Shown here piece after piece: positions 1-10,742 of a stretch of DNA of 64,000 nucleotides. The notes under the pieces were generated by a model, which was not told the DNA's origin, searched no databases, and saw nothing but the letters and a program-made list of their open reading frames with translations. The first letter of the stretch is position 1; the number at the start of each line of letters is the position of its first letter. The DNA comes from a virus (Duplodnaviria > Caudoviricetes), in the IMG/VR virus record IMGVR_UViG_3300028886_000089, positions 5,080 to 69,079 of that record; one strand, 5' to 3'. Position numbers and translations under genes: made by a program.

Positions 1-1582
1 CCGTAGTAAAGGCTGAAGCATCTGAATACGATAAATCTTTAATCCTTACAACCTGTGAATCCTTTGGCGTACATATTTCCTTGTTTGTTTGCGGTTGGCT
101 ATTGACCGTCCCTGTCACATACTTTGCACAAACCATATTGATTGGCAAATAATATGTCCCTAACTGTTTGAAATCTGATATAACAGACGATGTGAATATC
201 TCATTGGTAGAATTATACGTCCACGCCAGCGTCCCCAAGTCCACAATGCCATACTTCCTTGTAACCGTACCGTCACTTTCATAGGTATCTCCGTCATAGT
301 ACAGATTATTGCTTGCATCTAACTTCGGAATACCACGAAGCGTGAGTGATGAGTCAAGTGGGTAAGAATGTTTGACGTATGCTTCGTACTCTCCGTCACG
401 TTCTCCGTCCCAGTGAAGGTTGATGCAGATGTCGTTTTTGTAGGTTGCGCCATATTCAGACCCCATGTAAAATGCTAAAAAGCAAGTATTTGCGCTAGTT
501 GTAAAAGTCGTAGGAGAAGAATTTGTTTTGATAAACGTCTTTTCACTGTCGTACTCAAGAACATTACCTGCAAGCGTGCCGTGCTTGAAAAAGTAGGTTG
601 TGTTCGGCAGACATGGGATAAAGTTTTTACTTCTAATCCTGTTAGTTGAAGCGTCTTTTTCGCCACTGTTGGTATTAAATCCGCCTAACTCCCACTCTTC
701 GTCCCAAGCATTAAACCTAACCATATCGTGGCTACTCACGCCCTCAACGTGCTTCAGTTCTCCTGCGTTGTATGCGTAGTATGGCTTTGGGAAAAGTTTT
801 CTGAACCAAGCAACTCCTGCACCTGCATTGGCTGTTTCAAGGGAGTAGATGTAGTCTGCTATGGTTGAGCCGAACATTTGGGTGAGGTCGAAACTCTGTG
901 GATAGAAGGTGATGTTGTAAGTGTTCCCACTAACTATTTTTATAGTTCCTTGGTCTGAAGCATTGCTTGGATATTTGCCCATTGTCCACTTTAATTTGCT
1001 GTCTGTGTCTATAAATGTATATAAGCAGACGTGGTCGGTTGGCAAACCCAACACATTCCACTCTCCTCCGTTGACTGTTCCTGTTGCGGTTCCGCTCAAA
1101 GTTATAGTGCCATTATTATTATTTGTAAATTGTACACCTTGTATCGTTCTTGTTTCTCTTATTTTTGCAAAGCTTATTAACTGATTCCACGCTACCGTAC
1201 CGCCGACAAGCATATCCTTAAGTCTGTTGCCTTCTAATGACGATCTGAAAGTATAAGGCTCTTCATCAATAAAACTATTCTCTTCACTAATCGCATACTT
1301 TACAGAAGAAATTTCAAGTGCATCTCCTTTCTGTCCAGTTGCACCAGTAATACACACAGCATTACCAATAATATCACTAGTTGCTTGTGTACCACTCTTA
1401 TGAGTACGTGTTCTTTGCCATATATAATAACCTGATGCCCAGGCTGGTCTAGTAGTTGACCAGCCCAAGTCATTTTGTTCAGGTGGAGTAGTAGTAGACT
1501 GATTACGATTATATTCTACTACAATACTTTCTATATCATTCGTATCGGTAATTGTTATTGTTCCATATGAAACTTGAGCCAT
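1..1582 (-). CDS. Tail fibre / receptor-binding protein, partial (runs off the window edge; >=527 aa)
   Basis: Manually translated from ATG 1582 (RBS GGAGGT) with no stop to position 1: MAQVSYGTITITDTND...GATGQKGD...LVGGTVAWNQL...FDLTQMFGSTIADYIYSLE...DGTVTRKYGIVDLG. Absent from the ORF track because it has no stop in the window. Last gene of the tail operon. Confidence 0.8.
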   Translation of the reverse strand, partial: MAQVSYGTITITDTNDIESIVVEYNRNQSTTTPPEQNDLGWSTTRPAWASGYYIWQRTRTHKSGTQATSDIIGNAVCITGATGQKGDALEISSVKYAISEENSFIDEEPYTFRSSLEGNRLKDMLVGGTVAWNQLISFAKIRETRTIQGVQFTNNNNGTITLSGTATGTVNGGEWNVLGLPTDHVCLYTFIDTDSKLKWTMGKYPSNASDQGTIKIVSGNTYNITFYPQSFDLTQMFGSTIADYIYSLETANAGAGVAWFRKLFPKPYYAYNAGELKHVEGVSSHDMVRFNAWDEEWELGGFNTNSGEKDASTNRIRSKNFIPCLPNTTYFFKHGTLAGNVLEYDSEKTFIKTNSSPTTFTTSANTCFLAFYMGSEYGATYKNDICINLHWDGERDGEYEAYVKHSYPLDSSLTLRGIPKLDASNNLYYDGDTYESDGTVTRKYGIVDLGTLAWTYNSTNEIFTSSVISDFKQLGTYYLPINMVCAKYVTGTVNSQPQTNKEICTPKDSQVVRIKDLSYSDASAFTT

Positions 1583-1593
1583 AACATTACCTC

Positions 1594-4257
1594 CTAGTTA
1601 ACTTCAACTTTTACATCTGCTGTAATTTTTGAATTGATTAAACTTCCATCTATATAAATACATTTACCAGTTGTGGCCGGTTTTCTTTTACTACTATCAA
1701 GTACATTATCATCTGGTCCACGATATGTCCAAGTATAAGTACAAGTAATTGTAGCCGGCGCCCAAGAACTTCCAGTCTTTTTATATAAAACCGCATTTCC
1801 TCGCGCAGCTACTGTATCATCAGTACTAGTTGTACTTGTTGGCTTAGTACATACAATACAGTAAGTTGCATTACTATCAGCGTCTGATGTAGCAGTCACA
1901 GCCTCTATATTCAAAGGAATTCCATCAATTTCTTGTCCATCTCTAGTAACTCTTACATACATCGCACCAAAACCCTGTCCATTTTTAATTTGAGTACCAA
2001 TAGTTGAATGAACACTTACTTGAATCGGGTCCATCTTATCAATAAATGATACATAAGAACGATACTCGTTGCTACTACCAGATGGATAAGTAACTATGAC
2101 TCTAAAAGAACCAAAGCCATCAACTGCACTAGCACCAACTGTTAAAGTTTTTCCACTTGCTGAAGCACCTGTTTTTAAAGCACCATATCCATCGCTTCCT
2201 GCGCCGGTGCCACCATATTGTTGCCAAGTGTAAGTAGCATCAGACTCAGTGATAGGAGTATTACCATCCAATACGTTAGCTATTGCTGTAAGTTGCCCCT
2301 GACTATTTTCCCAGACAGTACCTTGAGGTGTTTCAATTAATACCATTACAGCCTCTTGTGCTGCAGAATTACGTGCCCAAGTAAATAATTTAGAAATTTC
2401 AGTTGGTGTAGTATCATCTACTAATGTTCCTGTATTATCATAATGTTGACCAGTTACTTGGAAATTAAGTTGTGCACTACCTTTAGTAGCTAAAGTTGTG
2501 CCTGCTGGTATAACATAAGTAATCGTATTTCCACTTACGGTTTTTGTAATTGATTTTCCACTTGGTACAGTAAACCCACTAATATTTGGTACTGTAATAG
2601 TGGTTGGTCTAGTGGTAGTACCTTGATAACCAGTGAAATGAATTGTAATAGGATAATCAGCAGCTAATTTATTACTTGCAAGACAAGGAATACTTTCTGC
2701 TTCATTATCTATAACAACGTTGATGGCGCCGAGGCCCTGTTTTCCATCAGCTCCTTTAGTACCATCTTTAGTAACTGTTACTGATTGAGAAGCTAGTTGT
2801 TTTGTAAAACTACTATCTTCATATAATACTGCACGAAATACTTGAACACTTGTGCCAGCAAAAGTATAAGTTAAAGTACCTCTGGCAGTTGTATTGTCAG
2901 TACTAACTACACTATTATCAGCAAATACTCTAATAAATCCATTATTCCATGTAGTAGTTGTATTACCAGTTGTTTGTTTAGCTGTAAATGTTACTTGTGC
3001 CGGACTGTACGTTCCTGCCTCATTTTTATTAACAGCTACTACATCTGCAACAATATCATAAACAACTGGGTCTTCTCCATCTTTACCAGCTTTAACTTTA
3101 ACTAATGAAAATTGCTTTTCAATACGTTGAGTATTATCTGTTTTATTAACACAACTAAATGTTATATTACCTGTATCAACTGCGGCATCCATGCCTGTAA
3201 CTTTTACATAAGTGTAACCTTTATCAGTATTGTCTGGGTCACTCCAAGTAGTACCATCTTTGGAAACTTTATAAGTTATGCCAGTTGTTCCATTAATCGT
3301 AATATTCCAATTAGGAGTATCTGCATTACCATTCTTATCATAAATAGTAATTTTAGTTGTAGTAGCATCTCCAAATGCGCCAGTTGTTGGATTACCATTT
3401 TTATCTGCTGGTATCATTTGGTCATCATTAGTAAGAGTGGCAGAAGCAATCATACCTCCATCTCTTAACTTAGTAATTGTAAATATATCAGATACTTCAT
3501 TACCATCTATATCTACAGCTTCAAATTTGACTGTTAGAGAGTCACCCGTAAAAATACTTGCTCCACTTACTTGTTGATTTTCAAAAACTTTTAAAGTTGA
3601 TGGACTACCAGAAGTAATATTTTGCTCACCACCAGGTCCTGTAGTTGGATAAGACAACCAGCTATTACCTGACTTATACTTCCAACCAACTGTAGTAACA
3701 TTACTATAAGTAGCAGTTAAAAGAATTGGTGATGCCCCTGCTTGTTTTAAATTACCAGTAGCATCATAAGCAAATACATTATTACCGCTAATTTTTACAG
3801 TCTTTGCTGAACTACCACGACTAATTAAAGAAAAATCAATGCGACCAGTTGCTTCTAATTCTTCAGTACCAAAATCTGGTGGTGAAAAATAAGCCGTAAC
3901 CTCATAAGTTACTATAGGACTACCTATAGTTAAAATATTTGCATTAATAGTTAAACTTTCTTTCCTTGCTGTATCTGCAACCACTTCATTAGAAGTAAAT
4001 TGCGCTTCCACTCCATTTACATATTTTTTCCAAGTATATCTTGATGCAGTTGTCTTATTCGTACCTGCATAAAATGCAACCGGAGTTATTACTAATGGAT
4101 TATTATTTTCGGCCCAGTTAGGTGAGTAAGCAGTAGCACTACTCTCATCTGGATTATAAATTTGAGTTTGTGCCTTATTCGCCTGTGGATAAACCGAAAA
4201 TTCACCCACGTCGGTTATATCAACAATTGTTATAGAACCATAACTAGTTGTTGCCAT
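1594..4257 (-). CDS. Tail fibre/baseplate structural protein (T/S/G-rich beta-sandwich repeats, short GxD collagen-like linkers)
   Basis: 887-aa ORF downstream of the Tal-like gene; GKDGED and GTKGADGKQG linkers. Confidence 0.7.
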   Translation of the reverse strand: MATTSYGSITIVDITDVGEFSVYPQANKAQTQIYNPDESSATAYSPNWAENNNPLVITPVAFYAGTNKTTASRYTWKKYVNGVEAQFTSNEVVADTARKESLTINANILTIGSPIVTYEVTAYFSPPDFGTEELEATGRIDFSLISRGSSAKTVKISGNNVFAYDATGNLKQAGASPILLTATYSNVTTVGWKYKSGNSWLSYPTTGPGGEQNITSGSPSTLKVFENQQVSGASIFTGDSLTVKFEAVDIDGNEVSDIFTITKLRDGGMIASATLTNDDQMIPADKNGNPTTGAFGDATTTKITIYDKNGNADTPNWNITINGTTGITYKVSKDGTTWSDPDNTDKGYTYVKVTGMDAAVDTGNITFSCVNKTDNTQRIEKQFSLVKVKAGKDGEDPVVYDIVADVVAVNKNEAGTYSPAQVTFTAKQTTGNTTTTWNNGFIRVFADNSVVSTDNTTARGTLTYTFAGTSVQVFRAVLYEDSSFTKQLASQSVTVTKDGTKGADGKQGLGAINVVIDNEAESIPCLASNKLAADYPITIHFTGYQGTTTRPTTITVPNISGFTVPSGKSITKTVSGNTITYVIPAGTTLATKGSAQLNFQVTGQHYDNTGTLVDDTTPTEISKLFTWARNSAAQEAVMVLIETPQGTVWENSQGQLTAIANVLDGNTPITESDATYTWQQYGGTGAGSDGYGALKTGASASGKTLTVGASAVDGFGSFRVIVTYPSGSSNEYRSYVSFIDKMDPIQVSVHSTIGTQIKNGQGFGAMYVRVTRDGQEIDGIPLNIEAVTATSDADSNATYCIVCTKPTSTTSTDDTVAARGNAVLYKKTGSSWAPATITCTYTWTYRGPDDNVLDSSKRKPATTGKCIYIDGSLINSKITADVKVEVN

Positions 4258-4271
4258 TGTCCTTTTTCCTC

Positions 4272-7200
4272 CTAAAACTCTACTTCACATTTAAAAATTG
4301 CTTTAGATGCAACATCTTCTGGGCCTATTGTTATACTTTGACCACCAGGCAGCCTTGCCCATGTCTCATCTTTAATTCCATCTTTGTCATATTTAACCCA
4401 AGTAAATTTAGTTACTTGGTCGGTTATTTCATGTTCTGGGTCCATTCCACTACCTTGATATACATGACAAGTTAATGTCGCTCGTACATCTTGACGTACA
4501 AACATATTACCAGTTGAAGAATCAATTATTACAGTAATTGCATCTTCTCCATCTTGTCCAGGGGTTATTGGAATCGGATTCTCATCATCGTCATAACCTT
4601 CATAAATTGTATCTGCATTAATTATTAATCTATATTCGTTGGCTGTTTTATCATAATAATAAGTAATAAAGTTTTTATTGTCTCCTATATACATATTATT
4701 AGTATAAATACCTTGTGTACCTATCATATTATTATATATAGAAGAATTAACATTAATATTACTTTCTATTGGGTCAGGTAAAGTACCTAAAATACCTCTA
4801 TATTTATAACTAACTTTTGGAGATTTGCTTGGATCAATAATAGTCTCAAACAAACTTATTGCACGACGTGGTAAATTAACAGTATTATCTGAACTATTAA
4901 TTCCAATTCCATAATTAGATGAACCATCTTCACGGCCCATATCTACAAGCGCGCCGCCCTCAAGTCCTGCTAATACATCAGCTATTGTTTGATCTTGTTG
5001 AATAACACCATTAATAAATTGTATACCATTCTCTAAAGTAACTTCAGCTGTATTAAGATTTACGTCCAATACTCTATATACATGAATTAATCCATTTGAT
5101 AATAAAATATTATTTACATTTGGTTCTGTTCCATCGGTAGTATAATTACTAATTTTACACCAGCTTTGGAACTCTGTATGCATTTCATAATATTCATTTT
5201 CATGTGGATTACCCACAGGTGTATCAACTATTATATATCCATAATTTCCTTTAATATAATAAGTTTTTGAAATATCTATAGTAGTATCTTCACTTAAAGT
5301 ATAAACTGCTTTAGCAAATAATGCTGGTTTTTCAACCTTTAAAACCAAACTATTACCACTAATTCGTGCAGATTTAATGGTGGAAGATGGTCTAAAAATA
5401 AATATACCACCAACCGCTTGAATTTCTGCATATTCAAATACGGCTGTCTTAATAGCTCCGCGTGCCGTTATATTATTGAAAACAGCATCGCCATCTTTAT
5501 TAATCATCCAACCATATCCAGCCCCGTCCTCGTAATTAGAAGATTTAATTTTGGCGCTTTCACCATCAATAATAATATGTTCTTGTCCCTGACCTGTTGG
5601 ACCTACATTTACTCGTCCTAAAAAATCGCCTTGTAAAGCTGTAATAGTACCACGAACATTTGCATTATTAAAAGTAGCCCCATTATCATCTATGTGCCAA
5701 CCGGTTTGATTTTGTATAGACCAATTACTTGATTCAATGGCTCCTTGCGCGCCAACTGTAATTGTATCAATTACTTCTAACTCACCTAATGTACCAGTTT
5801 GTGCTTCAATATGACCTCGTGCAGTAATTTGATTAAAAGTTGCATTACCATTGGTGTCAGAAATAATAAAAGTTGGATTATTATCTGTCTGAATTGTAGA
5901 ATAAATACCAACTCCGGGCTCAAGTACAATAGTATCCATAGTTAATGAATTATTATTAACTACCATACCACCGATATGACCACTTGTCGCAGTAATATCA
6001 CCTGTTATATGAATATTACCTTGGTCATCAGTTTTCATTACTTCTATACCAGCATTGTTCTTTATACGAATACCATATAATGAAGGTCCTAATTGTTTAA
6101 TATTTTCTGGTATTGTTGCCGGGTCTGTATAAATTGGGTCACCTTCATGCCAATTTTCTTGTTTCCATTCAAGTGCACCAATTTTAATTTTTTCATTTAA
6201 TTGATTATTAATAGTATTTAAAACTCTAAAATCATTATCTGAAGTAATTTCTACTCTACCACCGCCAGGATATGAATTTTTTATAAAAAATCCGTCCCAA
6301 GTAACAGCGAAATGTGCTTTATCTTTAATTTCTTCTAATGTATAAGGTTTTAATGAATTTCCATTTTTTATACCATATAAACCATTTTGGTCATATCGTA
6401 CAAAAGTTTGCAAATCATAAGCACTTATTATATTACCTTCAGCATCAGTCATTGTTCCATCAGATCTATATGCACTAATACCAGCTTGATCCCAACGGAA
6501 ACTCGGACTATCACTATTTCCAATAGTTATTAATTTCGTGCTTAAACTTCCAGTAATTATGGCATCAGCATTAACACCAAAACCATCAATTACATTTTTC
6601 CAGGTATTACCACCATCAGCAGAAACTGAAATTCCCTCATTATTAATTATAACACGATTAGTAGGATTAGTCAAATTCCGTATTAAAATTTCATTACCAT
6701 TAATAGTAATAGAACCATCAGTGGTTAAGGCGTATTTTTGACCGCTAATATTATTTAAAGAATTAAGTAATACATCAGAATTAATCGTGCCATTTGCATC
6801 AAGTAAAGTACTTATTTTGGCATAAGTAGCTTCATTATATTGCACAGTTTGAACTGTTGCGCTAATACGTTGAAACAAATCTTCAAACCGTGTTTTATAA
6901 TTTTGAACAGTAATAACATTATTTTCTGGCTCTTCTAAATGCCATTCAACTTCTGATACTATTACTTCTTCTCGCGCGGGAGTATATATAAACTCAGGAT
7001 TTTCTTCTGTTCCTATATTCTCTTTAGTCCACCCGAAAAATTCAGTATCTTCTACATAAGTTTTATCTCCAGCATCAAATGTATACCATTCAAACCCTTC
7101 AATTTCACTTATTTCAACTACATTAATTGTATATGAAACTGCAGGTTGCGCTGAAGTATTACTAACTTGTAAAGCATCAAGATAATAACGTTCAGAATCT

Positions 7201-10200
7201 ATATAATCTGTTGAATTCCAAGTTCCTTCTTGAATAAAATGACTATATTTATTATTAAATTCTTTGGTAAGCTCATCTTTTTGTTCTCGTAATTCTTCTA
7301 TTTCATCTTCGATACCAAAAGTGGTTTTATCACAAGAAATTTTAATTGTAAAAATTTTATTATCATTAATAGTATATTGCGTTTCATCCGCAGAATAATT
7401 TTGCGGAACACTTTCAATAATAAAATTCGTTTCTTCTGTTTCTATGTCAAAGAATCTCTTAGTAATAGAGGTTGTATATTCATGCGTTCCTACTCTAAAC
7501 TGTATTCCAGGGAAAAATTCGTTTAATTCTACAAAAACGTGTCTTTGTAAATTAACATCTTTACCCGTCCAAATTTTAATTTTATAATTTTCAGAACCTT
7601 TTAATGTATCATGAATAATCCAATATTCTTTATCAACATTACTTAATAAACCACTATAATTATTAATTGTGGCAGATGAAACATAAATTTCTCCTAAGGT
7701 TTTAAGAACATTTTCTTCTTCAGTTAACTTTGATGCATTAATATCTTTAATATATTCAATTACAATATCTGGTTCTAATATAGTACCATATATTGTAAAT
7801 TTTGTCGCACCATTATAACTTAATATAACTTCTTCAGATTCATTAGTTATATTTTTTTCTTCGCCACCAATAAATTCATATTCAGCATTCCAAGCTTGAA
7901 TAGTCACAGTAATGTTTGAATCAACAACAGGAACACCACTTAAAGTAAAAGTTTGATAATCGACTTCACTATCTACTCTATCAAAAATATCTGTTGCATC
8001 GATTCCATCTAAAACTCCGTTATGAATTTCTTGATATTTTTCATAACTAATTCCAGTTAATTCCTCAAACTTCGCAAGTGCATCCATTTGAGTATCTTGT
8101 GCAGTTTCAATTAAAGTGGTATATACATCACGATTACTATTAATTTTAGTTAAAGCTAATTCTAAATTATTACGTTCTGTATTTTTTTCTTTTAAATCTT
8201 TATTTAATTTAGCAAATTTAGTTGAATAAGTTAATCTATCTTTTTCTACTTCTTCTTTATTTAATAATCCTTGATTATAATAATAATCAAAATTTATGAT
8301 ATAAGATTCTCCACTTTGATTAGAAGGAGCATTTGTAATAGAAATATATCCTTCATCAACTAAATCAGATTGAGATTGATCAATTATTAATTTTGTTACA
8401 ATTTCATCAGAATTTATATTACGTTCAATAGATGAAAGATTAACTCCATATTTAAAACCCGCCCAATTTTCTTTCCCAGCATATTCACGTAAATATACAT
8501 ATTTGTTTGGCCGTCCATTGGTTTTTGTAATATATCCTCTATCATCATGATCAACTACTAAATCAATCCAACATTCAAATGTTTCAGCAATTGTTTGAAG
8601 TATATTAAAACAATTAGATTGAGATACACTAATTGATAAATTTTTTTCTGAATTTTCATTATATAAAGGTTTAATTGTAACTGTATTATCATATATATCA
8701 TTAATTAACTCATTTAAATCTGTATAAGTAATAATACTATCAGCTTCATCACCTGTTTCTGGCTTTAAATAATAATATGAAGTTGTTTTCGCTGTCGCGG
8801 TTGGAACATTACCTATTAAGATAGGTTCACCATTTGTATCAACATCTTCTATATAACGAGTTAATTGTATATCTTGTATATAAATTGGATTTGCATTATC
8901 TCTAGCATATAAGAAAATACCAATTTTATATTTTGGGTCCGATAAAGATGCAGTAGATACTCCTTTTATAGCTGTACTAGTTAAATAATAATAAGGTAAA
9001 TATTGTTTATAAGATTCTGCACTACTTTCATTAATTGGAATAAAATCACCAGTTAAATTATCCCAAGTATATTTAATATGAGTTTGACTATCTTCATAAA
9101 TATATTTTGTTGAAGGAGTTTGAACCACTCCATTAATTACATATTCATATTTATTATTTGAATCGTCTTCATCTTCATCTTCAATTGCTTTAAGAATACC
9201 ACCAGTAATATAATTATTTTTAACTTTTGGAGTACCACTAAAATCAAAAATTACATCATTTACATTTATATGTTTATAATAGTTACCAAAACGATTAGCT
9301 TCATCTTTAGTATATTCGGCAACCATTATCCTTAAATTTTGATAAGGTATTAAACAATCTACATCACTAATGCTTTCATCTGACACAGTGGCATCTCGTA
9401 TACCTGCGCGCCATCTGAATACAAATTTATCTCCTTTAGCAATAGACTGTACAGTAGAAGAATTATTTTCAATACCGCTATTATATACAGTATTACAATA
9501 ATGATTGTCTACTGTCGCGCGCGGCCCATTAAATTTAACTTTTAAAAACCCTTCTATTTGTGATAAAGTTGCTATATCTACTAATTTTCTATTGCTACCA
9601 AGTTCTGGTCTGGTAACTAATTCTAACTTATTTACTGGTTTAGGTTTATTATTTTCACCTAAAGATTGGTCTGTATAAGGATTCCAACCTTGTAATGAAC
9701 CATCTTCTAATACATTAAAATTATCCCCATTAGTAATATAATTAGTAACTATATTAGAAGTTGTATACGTATAATCAATATATTCATATACCTCTTGATC
9801 ACTTGGTTGGTTATTTTCATATACTTGATATCTATTAACAGTGCGCCCCATTATTGGGTCATATACATTTAATTGTCCATAAGCTAAACGATTAGCATGA
9901 TATTTTGTCTCAACCTCTTGTATGGTAATGATGATATTATCGTTTGCATCTTTAAAACAATTATTGTCATAAAACAATTCAGTTGTAATTCTAAAATTAG
10001 TATCTGTAATTACTCCTTTATCATCAATTGTATAATTACGATTCTCATCATAAATTATAAATTGTATATTTTTACCATCTTGGTTTTTAACAAAACTATA
10101 AAATAGATATATATTAGTTTGAGTAGTTGGTATTATGTCTTGATTTCCAGAAGCATTTATAATTGTTATCCCTGTTGGATTTAAAATCGCTTTATAAATA

Positions 10201-10733
10201 GGTTCTTCTATAAGCTGTTTAAATATGTCTTTTCCACCAACTAACCAATCAGTATCTTTTAAAGTTTCTTTTGCTAATTGTGTTGCGGTACCTTGATTAT
10301 TATTTAATTCTGAATCAAAAGTAATGTTATAACCTTGTTTAGATAATTCTAATACAAAAGCATCTGTACAAGTATAAGTCCAAGTTAATTCATCGCTAGA
10401 TTCATTATGCTCTTTAACAATAAATTCATACCATTTATTATCATAATATAATTTAACTTTTCGTTCGTTTGTGAGCAATGCCGCGAATGGATTAACAAAA
10501 TCACTATTGCCACTGTATGGATCAAAATATTTATACTTTAAAGAAAAACTAAGTGTTTTTTCTCCATTACTTTTTTTATTAAAAACGGGGTCATAAACTT
10601 TATTTAACCCCGTCATTGTATTTGAGCCGATGACGGCTAATTTTCTTTCTTCAAACCTATATTCGGCTCCGTCTTGGATGAGTTTCTCTTCCCAAACGGA
10701 AATTTCATATGGCTTTATTAAACGCTCACCCAT
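4272..10733 (-). CDS. Large tail tip / host-specificity protein (Tal / prophage tail endopeptidase-like)
   Basis: 2153 aa, follows the Dit-like gene; N-terminal tail-spike-type region, central coiled coil, C-terminal beta-rich region. Confidence 0.7.
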   Translation of the reverse strand: MGERLIKPYEISVWEEKLIQDGAEYRFEERKLAVIGSNTMTGLNKVYDPVFNKKSNGEKTLSFSLKYKYFDPYSGNSDFVNPFAALLTNERKVKLYYDNKWYEFIVKEHNESSDELTWTYTCTDAFVLELSKQGYNITFDSELNNNQGTATQLAKETLKDTDWLVGGKDIFKQLIEEPIYKAILNPTGITIINASGNQDIIPTTQTNIYLFYSFVKNQDGKNIQFIIYDENRNYTIDDKGVITDTNFRITTELFYDNNCFKDANDNIIITIQEVETKYHANRLAYGQLNVYDPIMGRTVNRYQVYENNQPSDQEVYEYIDYTYTTSNIVTNYITNGDNFNVLEDGSLQGWNPYTDQSLGENNKPKPVNKLELVTRPELGSNRKLVDIATLSQIEGFLKVKFNGPRATVDNHYCNTVYNSGIENNSSTVQSIAKGDKFVFRWRAGIRDATVSDESISDVDCLIPYQNLRIMVAEYTKDEANRFGNYYKHINVNDVIFDFSGTPKVKNNYITGGILKAIEDEDEDDSNNKYEYVINGVVQTPSTKYIYEDSQTHIKYTWDNLTGDFIPINESSAESYKQYLPYYYLTSTAIKGVSTASLSDPKYKIGIFLYARDNANPIYIQDIQLTRYIEDVDTNGEPILIGNVPTATAKTTSYYYLKPETGDEADSIITYTDLNELINDIYDNTVTIKPLYNENSEKNLSISVSQSNCFNILQTIAETFECWIDLVVDHDDRGYITKTNGRPNKYVYLREYAGKENWAGFKYGVNLSSIERNINSDEIVTKLIIDQSQSDLVDEGYISITNAPSNQSGESYIINFDYYYNQGLLNKEEVEKDRLTYSTKFAKLNKDLKEKNTERNNLELALTKINSNRDVYTTLIETAQDTQMDALAKFEELTGISYEKYQEIHNGVLDGIDATDIFDRVDSEVDYQTFTLSGVPVVDSNITVTIQAWNAEYEFIGGEEKNITNESEEVILSYNGATKFTIYGTILEPDIVIEYIKDINASKLTEEENVLKTLGEIYVSSATINNYSGLLSNVDKEYWIIHDTLKGSENYKIKIWTGKDVNLQRHVFVELNEFFPGIQFRVGTHEYTTSITKRFFDIETEETNFIIESVPQNYSADETQYTINDNKIFTIKISCDKTTFGIEDEIEELREQKDELTKEFNNKYSHFIQEGTWNSTDYIDSERYYLDALQVSNTSAQPAVSYTINVVEISEIEGFEWYTFDAGDKTYVEDTEFFGWTKENIGTEENPEFIYTPAREEVIVSEVEWHLEEPENNVITVQNYKTRFEDLFQRISATVQTVQYNEATYAKISTLLDANGTINSDVLLNSLNNISGQKYALTTDGSITINGNEILIRNLTNPTNRVIINNEGISVSADGGNTWKNVIDGFGVNADAIITGSLSTKLITIGNSDSPSFRWDQAGISAYRSDGTMTDAEGNIISAYDLQTFVRYDQNGLYGIKNGNSLKPYTLEEIKDKAHFAVTWDGFFIKNSYPGGGRVEITSDNDFRVLNTINNQLNEKIKIGALEWKQENWHEGDPIYTDPATIPENIKQLGPSLYGIRIKNNAGIEVMKTDDQGNIHITGDITATSGHIGGMVVNNNSLTMDTIVLEPGVGIYSTIQTDNNPTFIISDTNGNATFNQITARGHIEAQTGTLGELEVIDTITVGAQGAIESSNWSIQNQTGWHIDDNGATFNNANVRGTITALQGDFLGRVNVGPTGQGQEHIIIDGESAKIKSSNYEDGAGYGWMINKDGDAVFNNITARGAIKTAVFEYAEIQAVGGIFIFRPSSTIKSARISGNSLVLKVEKPALFAKAVYTLSEDTTIDISKTYYIKGNYGYIIVDTPVGNPHENEYYEMHTEFQSWCKISNYTTDGTEPNVNNILLSNGLIHVYRVLDVNLNTAEVTLENGIQFINGVIQQDQTIADVLAGLEGGALVDMGREDGSSNYGIGINSSDNTVNLPRRAISLFETIIDPSKSPKVSYKYRGILGTLPDPIESNINVNSSIYNNMIGTQGIYTNNMYIGDNKNFITYYYDKTANEYRLIINADTIYEGYDDDENPIPITPGQDGEDAITVIIDSSTGNMFVRQDVRATLTCHVYQGSGMDPEHEITDQVTKFTWVKYDKDGIKDETWARLPGGQSITIGPEDVASKAIFKCEVEF

Positions 10734-10742
10734 GTGTGCCTC

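Noticed and set aside
475-1184. Track ORFs 475-666(-) and 921-1184(+)
   Set aside because: Both lie inside the long open fibre frame starting at 1582; they are shadow ORFs.
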